Positions 19,401 to 28,486 of a DNA stretch of 52,238 nt are shown one piece after another. Source of the stretch: Verrucomicrobiota bacterium. GTDB taxonomy: Bacteria; Verrucomicrobiota; Kiritimatiellia; CAIKKV01; CAITUY01. Position numbers and translations under genes: made by a program. Location: assembly GCA_011391785.1 (NCBI GenBank), contig JAABPW010000325.1:1-52238 (forward strand). The letters run 5' to 3'. The notes below the pieces were generated by a model. That model did not search any database, was not told the DNA's origin, and saw nothing but the letters and a program-made list of their open reading frames with translations. The stretch's first letter is position 1; each line of letters starts with the position of its first letter.

Positions 19401-20200
19401 CCCTTGTCCCTCCGGGCAGGCCCGCCCTTCAGCCCGGTGCCCAGTGTGCCCGCAAGGCGGCCATGATCCTGAATCAGCAATTTTCGACGCTGATTTCCGA
19501 GAAGCGCTATGCCGAGGCCGAGGCATTTCGCGGGCCAATCTCCCGGATCCTCCCGAAGGTTTGCAGCCTGTGTCCTGCCGCCGTCTCCGGCAAGGGCCAA
19601 TATGCCACCAGTCAGGAGCCTACCTCTCAATTCCTCTGGCATCTTTATGGCCTTTACATCACGGCTACCAATCGGCCGCTGGACTACATCGCGGCGGCCG
19701 AGGAACTGGCTCCCACGCTTTGCCGGCACCAGCAGCCGGCGGTCTCGAACGCCCTGGAGTCCGTTCGCCTGGAGCAGCAATACATCAAGACCTGGCATAT
19801 CGCCGGCGAGGTTGCAGGGAAGCGGGTCAGCCGGGATTACTCGGGCAAATTCTTCGAGCGCTATGTGGATCTGGACGCGATTCTCGGTCAGCCTGACGGC
19901 TGTACGGTCGCGGCGGAGTGTTCCGTGGTCTCGCCTGACGAACGCCGGGTGCTCCTGCGCCTCGGTTTCGACCACACACTCACAGCCGAGCTGAACGGGC
20001 GTGTTGTGTTCGGGCCCAAGTCCAGAAAGATTGCGGTGAGGGATGAGTACCGGGTGCCCCTCACGCTGAAGGCCGGGACGAACCGCTTGAATCTGAAGGT
20101 GACCGACGACACGTTAGCCTATGGTTTCTTTGCCCGGTTGAGTTCTGAAAGCGGGGAGTTCATGAAGGACCTTGTGATTGACGCGGTGCATCAGCCTTGA
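16415..20200 (+). CDS. Large secreted protein with ~25 hydrophobic-aromatic-Pro repeats, a TPR-like helical region and a C-terminal beta-rich domain
   Basis: Signal peptide MKTFLVAVLSLVFLTAPYVQA; recurring (L/F/W)P(L/F)(F/W/Y) motif over ~700 aa; TPR-like helices; LRLGFDHTLTAELNG..VF...LTLKAGTNRL.LKV tail. Confidence 0.8.
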   Translation: MKTFLVAVLSLVFLTAPYVQADDIKVWPVFYQNTDPETHTARTEFLWPLYVRETTSAYTANQFLSFPQSFPEEYPHQFYFLWPLSGLRTGAGHDAWLFPLLWSGAEQGGSDHYFALFPAFYYGKDGKATTLNIALLQHNHWDAKGAGHYLFPLFWNSWESWGTSAERSFGLLPLFWMNRSQNNDSKHQSRSRSGGALLLNWWSRRSATNSTGNGISISESASENLFPVFRRARSSTTSFISGAGDHFRDSLWIIPYWQSHITITNSHETVLESRHRFFPFYWDWNETRGRKGESGRALLPLWWHSATLEGGELAESADFLLPIGAHFYKKGEYDTRNILGPMFNRTENTRTKTVRYDAFFPFFSLTRGESESGGHIFPLAGWNTERGRHDNLWYGFPLGWDCESQEAFDYRMSRPQFFALHELETRPAVSETDCRKGPRRTVAFYPFFWSKRQADEQHHGFLPFYWRNSLRYGRSLCDHTVLPFLLGDYRTVYRDDLPVSSQQNCLLSLISNGRGPDSRNWRLFPLFSYDRSSGSLDYSSFILPFSYHSWRDPERPDGARSSELSIPFSFLPLFRSASSQSGSTNGTRKSWFFPFYKRETLSGSEGDFSKLSILWPLWNGEWVNGETHIRGLGGVMNYYERDAEGFVEQRLLYRVFTRRTRSWFNEHEFMPLFARSSREDGSSSWGFLGGLLGGGSDGTRNYLRLLYLKIPTRAVPPVTAETLAAGQKRHAELALHYLQHDRHDRAAIEFTLAGNAYADDAAFQLAAGEAYMKAQPDALGKELRSSLPKSLDPIYGRSNSGNLNSIQRNLQTLAISRFEEAIRLGADKPSTLVKLAEAYTALGIDAEALKRLEESDRLHPAFATAMMRLNTAKAIWSSFIHSAKTNALGGQAAEDSVNSTLKELKARYPRSPSLALAEGAWIMSEANPKSYWSNGDDFGYLYDNWEYSLVNDVFSPGNRKRLELYRQGAEWTPGVEEVAWLSTRQPRPRPRGLWMSLVPPGRPALQPGAQCARKAAMILNQQFSTLISEKRYAEAEAFRGPISRILPKVCSLCPAAVSGKGQYATSQEPTSQFLWHLYGLYITATNRPLDYIAAAEELAPTLCRHQQPAVSNALESVRLEQQYIKTWHIAGEVAGKRVSRDYSGKFFERYVDLDAILGQPDGCTVAAECSVVSPDERRVLLRLGFDHTLTAELNGRVVFGPKSRKIAVRDEYRVPLTLKAGTNRLNLKVTDDTLAYGFFARLSSESGEFMKDLVIDAVHQP

Positions 20201-20267
20201 TGATAATATTAATTAATTCGCTGCAGGGATGCGGCGGGGCTTGGAGAAGCACCTGAAGAAGTTTGCG

Positions 20268-20286
20268 TCCCCTCTTCCCGCTTCCC
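20268..20286 (+). repeat. 19-bp direct repeat, right copy
   Basis: Identical to 9880-9898; lies in the murC promoter region. Confidence 0.85.
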
Positions 20287-20323
20287 GCATCCCTTTGCCT
20301 TTGCTATCTTCCCTCCGTTTCCC

Positions 20324-22648
20324 ATGAACAGCACAACCGATACTGACAGTCCGGATCTGAAACGCCTGATTCAGGCAGGAGCAGGTCATATCCATCTTGC
20401 AGGAATCTGCGGTGTGGGCATGGCAGGGCTCGCTGTCTTGCTCAAGACCCGGGGGTTCCGGGTCAGCGGCTGCGACCTGATGGTCAATAAGCTGGCCGGC
20501 TGGCTTCGCGAACGCGGCATTGAGGTCATCGAGCGACACTCCCCTGCCCACCTCACCGAGGATGTGATCGCCGTCATCCGTAGCACTGCCGTACCGGAAT
20601 CGGCCGGCGAGATCCTTGCCGCACGGGCCCGGGGACTGCCTGTCTTCCGGCGCGGCGAAGTGCTGCCCGCACTCCTGTCGGACTCCCGCTCCATCGCCGT
20701 GGCCGGAACCCATGGCAAGACCACCACGGCCACATTCATCGCCCAGGTCCTTACCAAGGCCTCACTAGCCCCCTCCTTCTGTATCGGGGGCGAAGTGGAA
20801 CCTCTCGGCGGTGTCGCAGGAATCGGCACCGGGGACATCACCGTGGCAGAGGCCGATGAAAGCGACGGCACCCTTGCCCTCTATTCCGCGGAAATCGCCG
20901 TGGTGACCAATATCGAATTCGATCACATGGAACATTTCAACGGCGTGGATGCCTTTGAGGACTGTTTCCGGCGTTTTATCCGGCAAACCCGCCGACGTAT
21001 TGTTTATTGTTGCGATGATCCCCGTGCCGCATCCCTCTGCGGGTCCCAATCCAACACCACCTCCTACGGGTTATCGGAAAGTGCCTCTTTCAGGGCCATC
21101 CATCTCAAGGAAAGCGGTTCCGCCTCTGAATTCGAGGTCACGTCAGGCGGCTTCTCGCTCGGACGATTCACCCTGCCCGCCCCGGGACGCCACAACATCC
21201 TCAACGCCCTTGCCTGCCTTGCCGTGGGCATCGAACTGGGCCTTTCCCCGGACATCCTCCGCGCCGCCCTGGCAAAAGTGGTTCTGCCGCGCCGTCGTTT
21301 CGACCGGATTATTGACCGCGACGACATTACCGTTATTTCAGATTATGCCCATCATCCCTCCGAGATTGCCGCCCTCGTCAATACCGCCAGGGGATTGAAG
21401 CGCCCCAGGATCCTGGGGGTGTTCCAGCCCCATCGTTATACGCGCACCCAGGCACTTGGCCCCGCCTTCCCGCCTGCATTCCAGGGACTCGACGAAATCG
21501 TGCTCTGCCCCGTCTACGCCGCCTCCGAGCCCCCCATCCCCGGCGGATCCATCTGGGATCTCTACGGACATTGCCGAAAGCATCCTGACCTGAATATCAT
21601 GGTGGCACCCTCGCTCCTCAATGCCTGGGAATATTGCCGGGGCCAGCTGCGGATCGGTGACCTGCTTCTGGTCATTGGGGCGGGTGATGTCGAGCGCATC
21701 GCCGGCTGGGCCCGTGCAGACCTGCTCCGCCACCGCGTGGACGAACTCGGCAGCCTGGTCGGCCGGCTTATCCGAGAAATTGACCTGGAAGCCACCTTGG
21801 TTAAGGGACATGAATCGCTGGCACACCGGACGACCCTGGGTGTCGGGGGACGCGCCGATCTGTGGGCGGAAATCGGGACGGAGCCGGACCTCCTGAAAAT
21901 CGTGAAATGGGCTCGCTCTGAATCCATCCCTTTTCAAGTCCTCGGCGGTGGCAGCAATGTCCTGGTCAGCGACCTCGGCGTTCGGGGGGTTGTCGCCCGC
22001 CTTGCAGGCGCCTGTTTCCGGCAGATCACGGAACGCGAGGGTCTTGTCGTCGCCGGTGCGGGGACCCCGCTTTCCGGTTTGCTGGGCTGGGCCATGGAAC
22101 GAGGATTGTCCGGTTTGGAATTCCTGGAATCCGTTCCAGGCACTGTTGGTGGTGCCGTCCGGGGCAATGCCGGCGCCTGGGGAAAATCCATAGCGGAGGT
22201 AGTCGAATGGGTTCGCCTCATGGATCGCGACAACCGGATGTGCGTCATCAAGCGGAGCGACCTCGATTTCTCCTATCGCTCCTGTCCGGCACTACGCGAC
22301 CAGATCATCGTCGAAGCCGCCTTCCGTCTTGTCCCCGGTGAGGCCGCCAGCATCCGGAGCACACAGGCTGAACTGGCTGGCCGCCGCTCCTGGATGAAGG
22401 GAATACGGTCAGCCGGGTCGGTCTTCAAGAATCCGCAGGGCGCGGCAGCAGGCCAACTGATTGATCAGGCCGGCCTGAAAGGCTTCACGGTGGGCAATGC
22501 CTCCATTTCCCAGCACCACGCCAATGTGATTGTAACCCGCCCCGGCGCCCGGGCCTCGGATGTCCAGGCTGTCCTCGAAAAAGCCCGGTCTGAAGTTCAT
22601 CGCCAGACAAGCATCTTCCTCGAAACCGAGATTCAAATCCTGGAATAG
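20324..22648 (+). CDS. murC: Fused UDP-N-acetylmuramate-L-alanine ligase (MurC) / UDP-N-acetylenolpyruvoylglucosamine reductase (MurB)
   Basis: MurC: GICGVGMAGLA, AGTHGKTTT, EADESDG, DHMEH, DYAHHPSE, FQPHRYTR; MurB: GGGSNVL, GLEFL..VPGTVGGAV.GNAGA, SAGSVFKNP, HANVI, LETEI. Confidence 0.95.
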   Translation: MNSTTDTDSPDLKRLIQAGAGHIHLAGICGVGMAGLAVLLKTRGFRVSGCDLMVNKLAGWLRERGIEVIERHSPAHLTEDVIAVIRSTAVPESAGEILAARARGLPVFRRGEVLPALLSDSRSIAVAGTHGKTTTATFIAQVLTKASLAPSFCIGGEVEPLGGVAGIGTGDITVAEADESDGTLALYSAEIAVVTNIEFDHMEHFNGVDAFEDCFRRFIRQTRRRIVYCCDDPRAASLCGSQSNTTSYGLSESASFRAIHLKESGSASEFEVTSGGFSLGRFTLPAPGRHNILNALACLAVGIELGLSPDILRAALAKVVLPRRRFDRIIDRDDITVISDYAHHPSEIAALVNTARGLKRPRILGVFQPHRYTRTQALGPAFPPAFQGLDEIVLCPVYAASEPPIPGGSIWDLYGHCRKHPDLNIMVAPSLLNAWEYCRGQLRIGDLLLVIGAGDVERIAGWARADLLRHRVDELGSLVGRLIREIDLEATLVKGHESLAHRTTLGVGGRADLWAEIGTEPDLLKIVKWARSESIPFQVLGGGSNVLVSDLGVRGVVARLAGACFRQITEREGLVVAGAGTPLSGLLGWAMERGLSGLEFLESVPGTVGGAVRGNAGAWGKSIAEVVEWVRLMDRDNRMCVIKRSDLDFSYRSCPALRDQIIVEAAFRLVPGEAASIRSTQAELAGRRSWMKGIRSAGSVFKNPQGAAAGQLIDQAGLKGFTVGNASISQHHANVIVTRPGARASDVQAVLEKARSEVHRQTSIFLETEIQILE

Positions 22649-22688
22649 CGACAACGGGGACACCCCGGACTCGCCTCGGTCTTTCGCC

Positions 22689-23264
22689 TTACTCCGGCAA
22701 TTCGGCCTCGATCGACAAACTCAGGTTATCCACCTTGTAGACTTTGCCCGTCACAACATTCGCCACAACGGTTCGGTTCCCTGACGTTGAATCCTTGATT
22801 ATCACCCGAAAGGTTCCTCCGGGACTGGCCCCATCAGCGTTCACAAGTTTTACAGGCGAATTCAGCACCTCGACCCCGGTGACGAATAGGGCGGCCTCCT
22901 TGTCCTCGCCATAGTCCTTGTAACCCGAGAGGCGAACCATTTTGGCGCCTTCAATCTCGACAAGTTCCTTAAAAACCCGGGAATCCTGAGAGCAGTAGAC
23001 CGACGTGAAGGTTCCCTGGGATTGAGGATCGCGAACCGTGAACCGGCTAAACCCCTTTCCCTTCAGGTTACGCCCCTTCGCCTCAACCAGCCCCGGCTCG
23101 GGCACATACACCGCTTCAAGTGTCACCGCGGCCCGGTCCGCCAACGATCCCGCCGCACCACGAAGGAACGAGACGGTCACCTCCTTGGTCTGCCCCTGTG
23201 CCCCGAAGGGAATCATCATGAGGCCAGCAACCAAAACCACGCAACCCCGTGATCCAGCATTCAT
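22689..23264 (-). CDS. Hypothetical exported protein
   Basis: GAGGAGG RBS before ATG 23264; signal-peptide-like N-terminus; fills the gap between murCB and ridA. Confidence 0.7.
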   Translation of the reverse strand: MNAGSRGCVVLVAGLMMIPFGAQGQTKEVTVSFLRGAAGSLADRAAVTLEAVYVPEPGLVEAKGRNLKGKGFSRFTVRDPQSQGTFTSVYCSQDSRVFKELVEIEGAKMVRLSGYKDYGEDKEAALFVTGVEVLNSPVKLVNADGASPGGTFRVIIKDSTSGNRTVVANVVTGKVYKVDNLSLSIEAELPE

Positions 23265-23319
23265 CCCCGCCTCCTCTGCCGCAACGTCATTTTCACCACC
23301 TGAAGAAGTCAAGCCACCC

Positions 23320-23355
23320 TTGACATTCCACCCTATTTAAACCACTTTAAGTGGT
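23320..23355 (+). promoter_or_regulatory. Putative ridA promoter (-35 TTGACA) with a perfect 7-1-7 palindrome over the -10 region
   Basis: TTGACA at 23320-23325; ACCACTT-T-AAGTGGT at 23341-23355. Confidence 0.45.
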
Positions 23356-23376
23356 GATAATACAACAAACATTAAC

Positions 23377-23760
23377 ATGAAAAAACAGATCATCACATCC
23401 ACGCGGGCCCCGGCGCCTGTCGGTCCCTATCAGCAGGCCGTCCGCACCGGAAACCTTATTTTCACAGCAGGCCAGATTCCCATCAATCCTGCGACAAACG
23501 AGGTACTGACAGGCAGCATCGAGGACCAGACCCGGCAAGTGATCGAGAATCTCAAGGCGCTTCTGGAGGCGGCAGGCAGCTCCCTGGAACGCGTCGTGAA
23601 AACCACGGTCTTCCTGCGCGACATGAACGATTTCCAGAAAATGAACAGTGTCTACGCCGCTTACTTCCAGGCCGAAACCGCTCCCGCCCGCTCCACCGTC
23701 CAGGTTGCCCGCCTCCCCCGGGATGTGGCCGTCGAAATCGAGGCTGTCGCCGAAGTCTGA
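23377..23760 (+). CDS. ridA: RidA (YjgF/UK114) enamine/imine deaminase
   Basis: [50 protein letters not shown]. Confidence 0.93.
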   Translation: MKKQIITSTRAPAPVGPYQQAVRTGNLIFTAGQIPINPATNEVLTGSIEDQTRQVIENLKALLEAAGSSLERVVKTTVFLRDMNDFQKMNSVYAAYFQAETAPARSTVQVARLPRDVAVEIEAVAEV

Positions 23761-23792
23761 CCTTCGCTCCTATTCATGCCAAAGGCGTAAAC

Positions 23793-25463
23793 ATGGCGAA
23801 ACGGAAAAAGGTGCTTTTTGTCCAGCTCCCGCAACTGGACAATGATCTCAAGGGGGATCATGAAAATGTCCTGCTGGCGGCGGCTTATCTCCGCTACGCC
23901 GCCGAATCCGCCGGGGAGGACTCCCATTACGAATTCATCCAGCTTCCGCAGGATGTTCGGGAATACGACAATGCCGCCTTGCTCGACGTGATCACCGTCC
24001 TGTCACCCTCCGTTGTGGCCTGCACCCTGTATCTCTGGAACGTCGAACGGACCTTGCGCCTGATGCAAGCGGTCCGCAAAAGGCTACCGGGCGCGCACAT
24101 TCTCCTGGGGGGGCCGGAGGCCGCCTATACCCACCCGTTCCTCTTTGACCGCCCTATCGCCGATGCCATCGTGGTGGGCGAGGGCGAGACCATCTTTCCC
24201 GCCCTCCTGAAGGCGTTGCGAACCGGACACCGGATCAACTTCTCCACCGTGGCGCTCAAGGTCAAAAACGGCTACCGCTGGGGGAAAAACAGTCCCCCTC
24301 CCGTCTCCCTCTCCCTCCAGCTCCCCCCGCCCGGATACGCCTCCTGCCGTCCCGACACCAGGGGAATGGCCTATCTGGAAACCTCGCGGGGTTGCCCCAT
24401 GCGTTGCACCTACTGCCGCTACCCGCACCTGCGTCGGTCCATGTCATTTCTAGAGCCCGATGAAATCCTTGCCCGTGTGCGGGCCTTGCGCCGCCTGGGC
24501 GCCCGGGAGATCCGCATCGTGGATCCCTCCTTCAATTCCCACCCCCGATTCAAGGAAATTATTTGCCGGCTGGCCGCATTGAACCGCACAGGAACCCTCT
24601 CCTTCTTCGCGGAATTAAATGCCGAGCGGCTCACCGAAACAGAAGCAGAGGAACTCACCCGAGCCCGTTTCGTCGAGATTGAGGTCGGAATGCAGAGCCG
24701 CTCACCTGAAGTCCTCAAGGCCATCCGCCGGCCGACCACCCTGCCCCGGCTGGAGGCAGGTATCCGGCTTCTGACGGAACGCAGAATCAAGGTCACGCTG
24801 GACATCATGTATGGATTGCCGCTCCAGGACGAGGGTGACGTCAGGCGCTCCATCAAGTGGGCGCTGAAACTGCCGCGCACCAATGTTCAATGCCTGCAAA
24901 CCCTTCTGCTCCCGGGCACGGAATTGCGGGAACGCTACCGGGAGTGGAAACTTCGCGCAGGAGCACTCCCCCCCTACCCTGTCACAATGACCAGCACCAT
25001 GGATAGGGCGGCATTCCGCAAAGTGGAAAGCATGATCAGCCGCCATCCGAAACTGCGGTCCGATGTCCCCACGAAAATCTTTACGGGAATAAACCCGGAA
25101 CTATTCCCGGAATCAGGCTCCAAACCGGGTCTCATCCGGCGGGCCCATCTTTTCAAGGGAGCGGACCTCTACGCCCGACGGCAGGCCATTGGGCAATTCA
25201 TCAGGGACGTCATGACACAGGAACCGGATGGGTTGTTCCAATTCGTGCTCTGTCCCCTTCAGGAGGAGCCATTGGACCTGCTCGATCACCTGATCGCGGT
25301 CATCCGCAGGCAACCGCGCCACCTCCTGGACCGGTATGCCTCTGTGGCGCTGGATGATAAAATCACCTCGCGGCGGCTGCTAATCCGCCTACCCAGGGGC
25401 AGGAGGCTGTCAAAGGACTGGATCAAAGCCGCAGACCAAATCCTCTCAGACACCTTCTTTTAG
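23793..25463 (+). CDS. Cobalamin-binding-domain radical SAM protein
   Basis: N-terminal B12-binding-like domain (YLWN, LGGPE, VGEGE); ETSRGCPMRCTYC CxxxCxxC; EVGMQS; DIMYGLP. Confidence 0.88.
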   Translation: MAKRKKVLFVQLPQLDNDLKGDHENVLLAAAYLRYAAESAGEDSHYEFIQLPQDVREYDNAALLDVITVLSPSVVACTLYLWNVERTLRLMQAVRKRLPGAHILLGGPEAAYTHPFLFDRPIADAIVVGEGETIFPALLKALRTGHRINFSTVALKVKNGYRWGKNSPPPVSLSLQLPPPGYASCRPDTRGMAYLETSRGCPMRCTYCRYPHLRRSMSFLEPDEILARVRALRRLGAREIRIVDPSFNSHPRFKEIICRLAALNRTGTLSFFAELNAERLTETEAEELTRARFVEIEVGMQSRSPEVLKAIRRPTTLPRLEAGIRLLTERRIKVTLDIMYGLPLQDEGDVRRSIKWALKLPRTNVQCLQTLLLPGTELRERYREWKLRAGALPPYPVTMTSTMDRAAFRKVESMISRHPKLRSDVPTKIFTGINPELFPESGSKPGLIRRAHLFKGADLYARRQAIGQFIRDVMTQEPDGLFQFVLCPLQEEPLDLLDHLIAVIRRQPRHLLDRYASVALDDKITSRRLLIRLPRGRRLSKDWIKAADQILSDTFF

Positions 25464-26644
25464 CGGACTGAATCAGCCAACTCGCGGCCGTAGTCGCGGC
25501 AGAGCTTCAGATCGGCAACACCAGGTTGCCACTTGAGGCGAATCCCGGGCTTGACGATGGGAATGGCGGACTTCTGGAAATTCTCCTCGATCTCCTTGAC
25601 GCTCTCACCACTCCAGCCATAGGAACCGAACGCCGCGCCAACCTTGTTCTTGAAGCGCAGGCCTCTCAGCTCCGTCAGGATCTTGGCCATGGACGGCAGG
25701 ATTCCATTGTTATAGGTACAGGACCCGAGAACCACCAATTTCGACTTGAATATCTCGACCATCAGATCATTGGCGTCCGACGCCGCCGCATGGAACACCT
25801 TGCAATCCACGCCCCGCTCGATCAAGCCCTCGGCAATCGCCTTGGCCATATGCTCGGTGGCATTCCACATGGTATCATACACGATCACCGCGGAGGGAGC
25901 GGGAACCTGAAGGGACCATTCCTGGTATTTTTTGACGATCTGGATCGGATCCTTGCGCCAAATCACGCCATGGCTGGGGGCAATCATGTTCACCGGCAGG
26001 TTCAAGGCGAGAACTTCGTCAATTTTCTTCAGGATCTTGTCGGTATAGGGGGTCAGGATATTGGCAAAATACTTCAACGCCTCCTCGTAGAGTTCGGCCT
26101 GGTCCACCAGGTCGTTGAACAGGAAAGCGGTGGCATAATGCTGGCCGAACGCGTCGTTCGGCATCAGGATCGCCTCATTGGTCAGGTAGGTGAACATGCT
26201 GTCGGGCCAGTGCAACATCGGCGCCTCGACAAAAACCAGCTCATTCTTGCCAAGATTGATGCGGTCGCCGGTCTTGACGATCTTGAAGTTCCAATTCTCA
26301 TGATAATGCCCGGGCACACTGCTGGCGCCATTCTTCGAAACCACCACGGTGGCATTGGGGCATAACTTCATCAGCATCGGCAAACTGCTGGAATGGTCGG
26401 GCTCGCAATGATTCACCACGACATAATCAATTTTGGCGGGATCCACAATCTCGCGGATCTTGGCGAGAAACTCATCGGAATGAGGCGACCAGACGGCATC
26501 TACCAGCGCAATTTTCTCATCCATGATCAGGTACGAGTTGTAGGTCGTCCCCCGATGCACCGACAATTCAAACCCATGGAAACGTCGGATACCCCAGTCG
26601 GTCACACCCACCCAATAAACATTCTTGGCCAATTCAACAGACAT
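25460..26644 (-). CDS. fprA: Flavodiiron protein (FprA, A-type flavoprotein)
   Basis: GTTYNSYLI, NHCEPDHS, LHWPDSM, DAFGQH, APSHG; flavodoxin domain AFGSYGWSGE. Confidence 0.95.
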   Translation of the reverse strand: MSVELAKNVYWVGVTDWGIRRFHGFELSVHRGTTYNSYLIMDEKIALVDAVWSPHSDEFLAKIREIVDPAKIDYVVVNHCEPDHSSSLPMLMKLCPNATVVVSKNGASSVPGHYHENWNFKIVKTGDRINLGKNELVFVEAPMLHWPDSMFTYLTNEAILMPNDAFGQHYATAFLFNDLVDQAELYEEALKYFANILTPYTDKILKKIDEVLALNLPVNMIAPSHGVIWRKDPIQIVKKYQEWSLQVPAPSAVIVYDTMWNATEHMAKAIAEGLIERGVDCKVFHAAASDANDLMVEIFKSKLVVLGSCTYNNGILPSMAKILTELRGLRFKNKVGAAFGSYGWSGESVKEIEENFQKSAIPIVKPGIRLKWQPGVADLKLCRDYGRELADSVR

Positions 26645-26725
26645 ATTTCACCTCAGTTCTTCCAATTCACATAATAACGATTTCCTGAAAATGCTATCAG
26701 AGTCCCGAACAAAAATACACAGTTC

Positions 26726-27376
26726 TTAACACCCATCGCCCGTGAAGGGATGGGTTTCCAGAGTGTCGGGGGCGATATATCCGGCGGAGATCAACATTTT
26801 GAAGGCGCCTTCCACTGTGATATTGGCAATCCGGATTTCCTCAACGGGCACGAGATGGAGAAACCCCGAGGTCGGCAGCGGCGACATCGGCAGGAACACC
26901 CGCCCCCATCTCCGCTTATCCTCATCCGTGGTGACTCCGGTTAGAAACCCGACGATCCTGATGCCGGGCCGGGGATATTCAATAAGAACCACGGACTTGA
27001 AGGTCTGCTCCTTCTGTAACGATATGGCCTCCACCACCTGTTTGGCGGCGGAATAAACCGACTTGACGACGGGAATGCGCAGGATCAGTGACTCGCCCCA
27101 CTCCAGGAACCGCAACCCCACCACACGACCCGCCACAATCCCCACCATCAAAACCAGGAGAACGAACGCCAGTATGGAAATCACCAGTTTGGCCCAGTAA
27201 TGTTCATACAGGCCCGGCAGCAATTGCTCAACAAGGGGCAGCAGTACCGACGCCATGGCGTTAAACGCCGCGATCACCACCACATAGGTCACCCAGACGG
27301 GGACCAGGACAAACAGTCCTGAAATCAAGTAGTTACGCAACATTCGCCGGAAGGATGAAGTGGGGAACAGTTTCAT
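26726..27376 (-). CDS. DUF502 membrane protein
   Basis: Two TM segments; RIPVVKSVYSAAKQ, VLIEYPR.G, FLPMSPLPTSGF. Confidence 0.88.
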   Translation of the reverse strand: MKLFPTSSFRRMLRNYLISGLFVLVPVWVTYVVVIAAFNAMASVLLPLVEQLLPGLYEHYWAKLVISILAFVLLVLMVGIVAGRVVGLRFLEWGESLILRIPVVKSVYSAAKQVVEAISLQKEQTFKSVVLIEYPRPGIRIVGFLTGVTTDEDKRRWGRVFLPMSPLPTSGFLHLVPVEEIRIANITVEGAFKMLISAGYIAPDTLETHPFTGDGC

Positions 27377-28479
27377 TTTAACACCTCATTCGACTGAACA
27401 CCGCCTGCCCAATAGAACGGCTGGGATGGAAAGGCAAACGCAATATTTTCTGCCTTGAACCGTCTCATGATCTGGAGATTCACACCTTCCGAAAAGGCCA
27501 TGAACGCCCAGTAGTCAGTGAGATGACACCAGTACATGACCCGAAGAGTCAGGAATGTGGTTCCCACCTCGAAAAAAACAGCGCGGGGCGGGTTGTCGGG
27601 GTGCAGTCCCGGATGCCCGGCCAGAATCTCCCTGAGAATGGCCAGAGCCCTCTCGACTTTCTCAGGAGTCGTATCCGGCGCGATCTGCAAATCCATGAGC
27701 CGCCGGAAAAAGGTGCGCTTGCCGGTGTTCTCAATGACCTTGCTGGCGAGCTCGCCGTTGGGAATGGAGATCAGACTCCCTTCCATCGTGCGGATCCGGG
27801 TGGAGCGCACCCCCACCGACTCGACCACTCCATCATATTTCAAATCCACGATAATCCGGTCACCCAGCTCAAACGGCTTGTCGGTCAGCACCGTCATGGA
27901 GCCGAAGAAATTCTTGATGGTCTCCTGGGCCGCCAGGGCGACCGCCAACCCACCCACCCCGAGACCGGCCAGGATGGAAGTCAGGGGCTTGTCACTGAGG
28001 ACGGTGGCAACCTGGACCAGCCCGAGGACCACCAAGGTGACCTGCGCGGTCCGGCGCACAATCGGCACCAGCATGTCATCCATCCTGCTGGGAGTCCGGG
28101 CAGCCTTGATGGCCCACATCTGGCACAGTGCGTCCACCAGGCAGTAGAGCACATAGGTGATCGCCACAATCATCAGGATATTCGAGGCGGTGAGCGTGAA
28201 CACCGACACCGTGTCGCTCATCACCAGAAAATGGAGCCCGGACTTCAGGGCGATGCAGACCAGCACGAACACAATTGAACGACTGCCGGCCCGAAAAAAA
28301 ATCGCCATCATATTCCGGTGATGGCGATCCATCATGACAGCCGCCCGTTTCCCATAATGCCGCGCGATCCGTCCTGCCAGAAACGCCAACAGGATCACGC
28401 ACAACCACGCCAGGAATCTCCAGACCTCATTCCCCGCCACGGTACTCCTGAACCACGCCAATCCCAATGTCAGATCCAT
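27373..28479 (-). CDS. MscS-family mechanosensitive channel
   Basis: LAGLGVGGLAVALAAQETIKNFFG, DKPFELGDRI, GVVESVGVRSTRIRT, IPNG, IAFAFP. Confidence 0.93.
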   Translation of the reverse strand: MDLTLGLAWFRSTVAGNEVWRFLAWLCVILLAFLAGRIARHYGKRAAVMMDRHHRNMMAIFFRAGSRSIVFVLVCIALKSGLHFLVMSDTVSVFTLTASNILMIVAITYVLYCLVDALCQMWAIKAARTPSRMDDMLVPIVRRTAQVTLVVLGLVQVATVLSDKPLTSILAGLGVGGLAVALAAQETIKNFFGSMTVLTDKPFELGDRIIVDLKYDGVVESVGVRSTRIRTMEGSLISIPNGELASKVIENTGKRTFFRRLMDLQIAPDTTPEKVERALAILREILAGHPGLHPDNPPRAVFFEVGTTFLTLRVMYWCHLTDYWAFMAFSEGVNLQIMRRFKAENIAFAFPSQPFYWAGGVQSNEVLK

Positions 28480-28486
28480 AGGTCGC

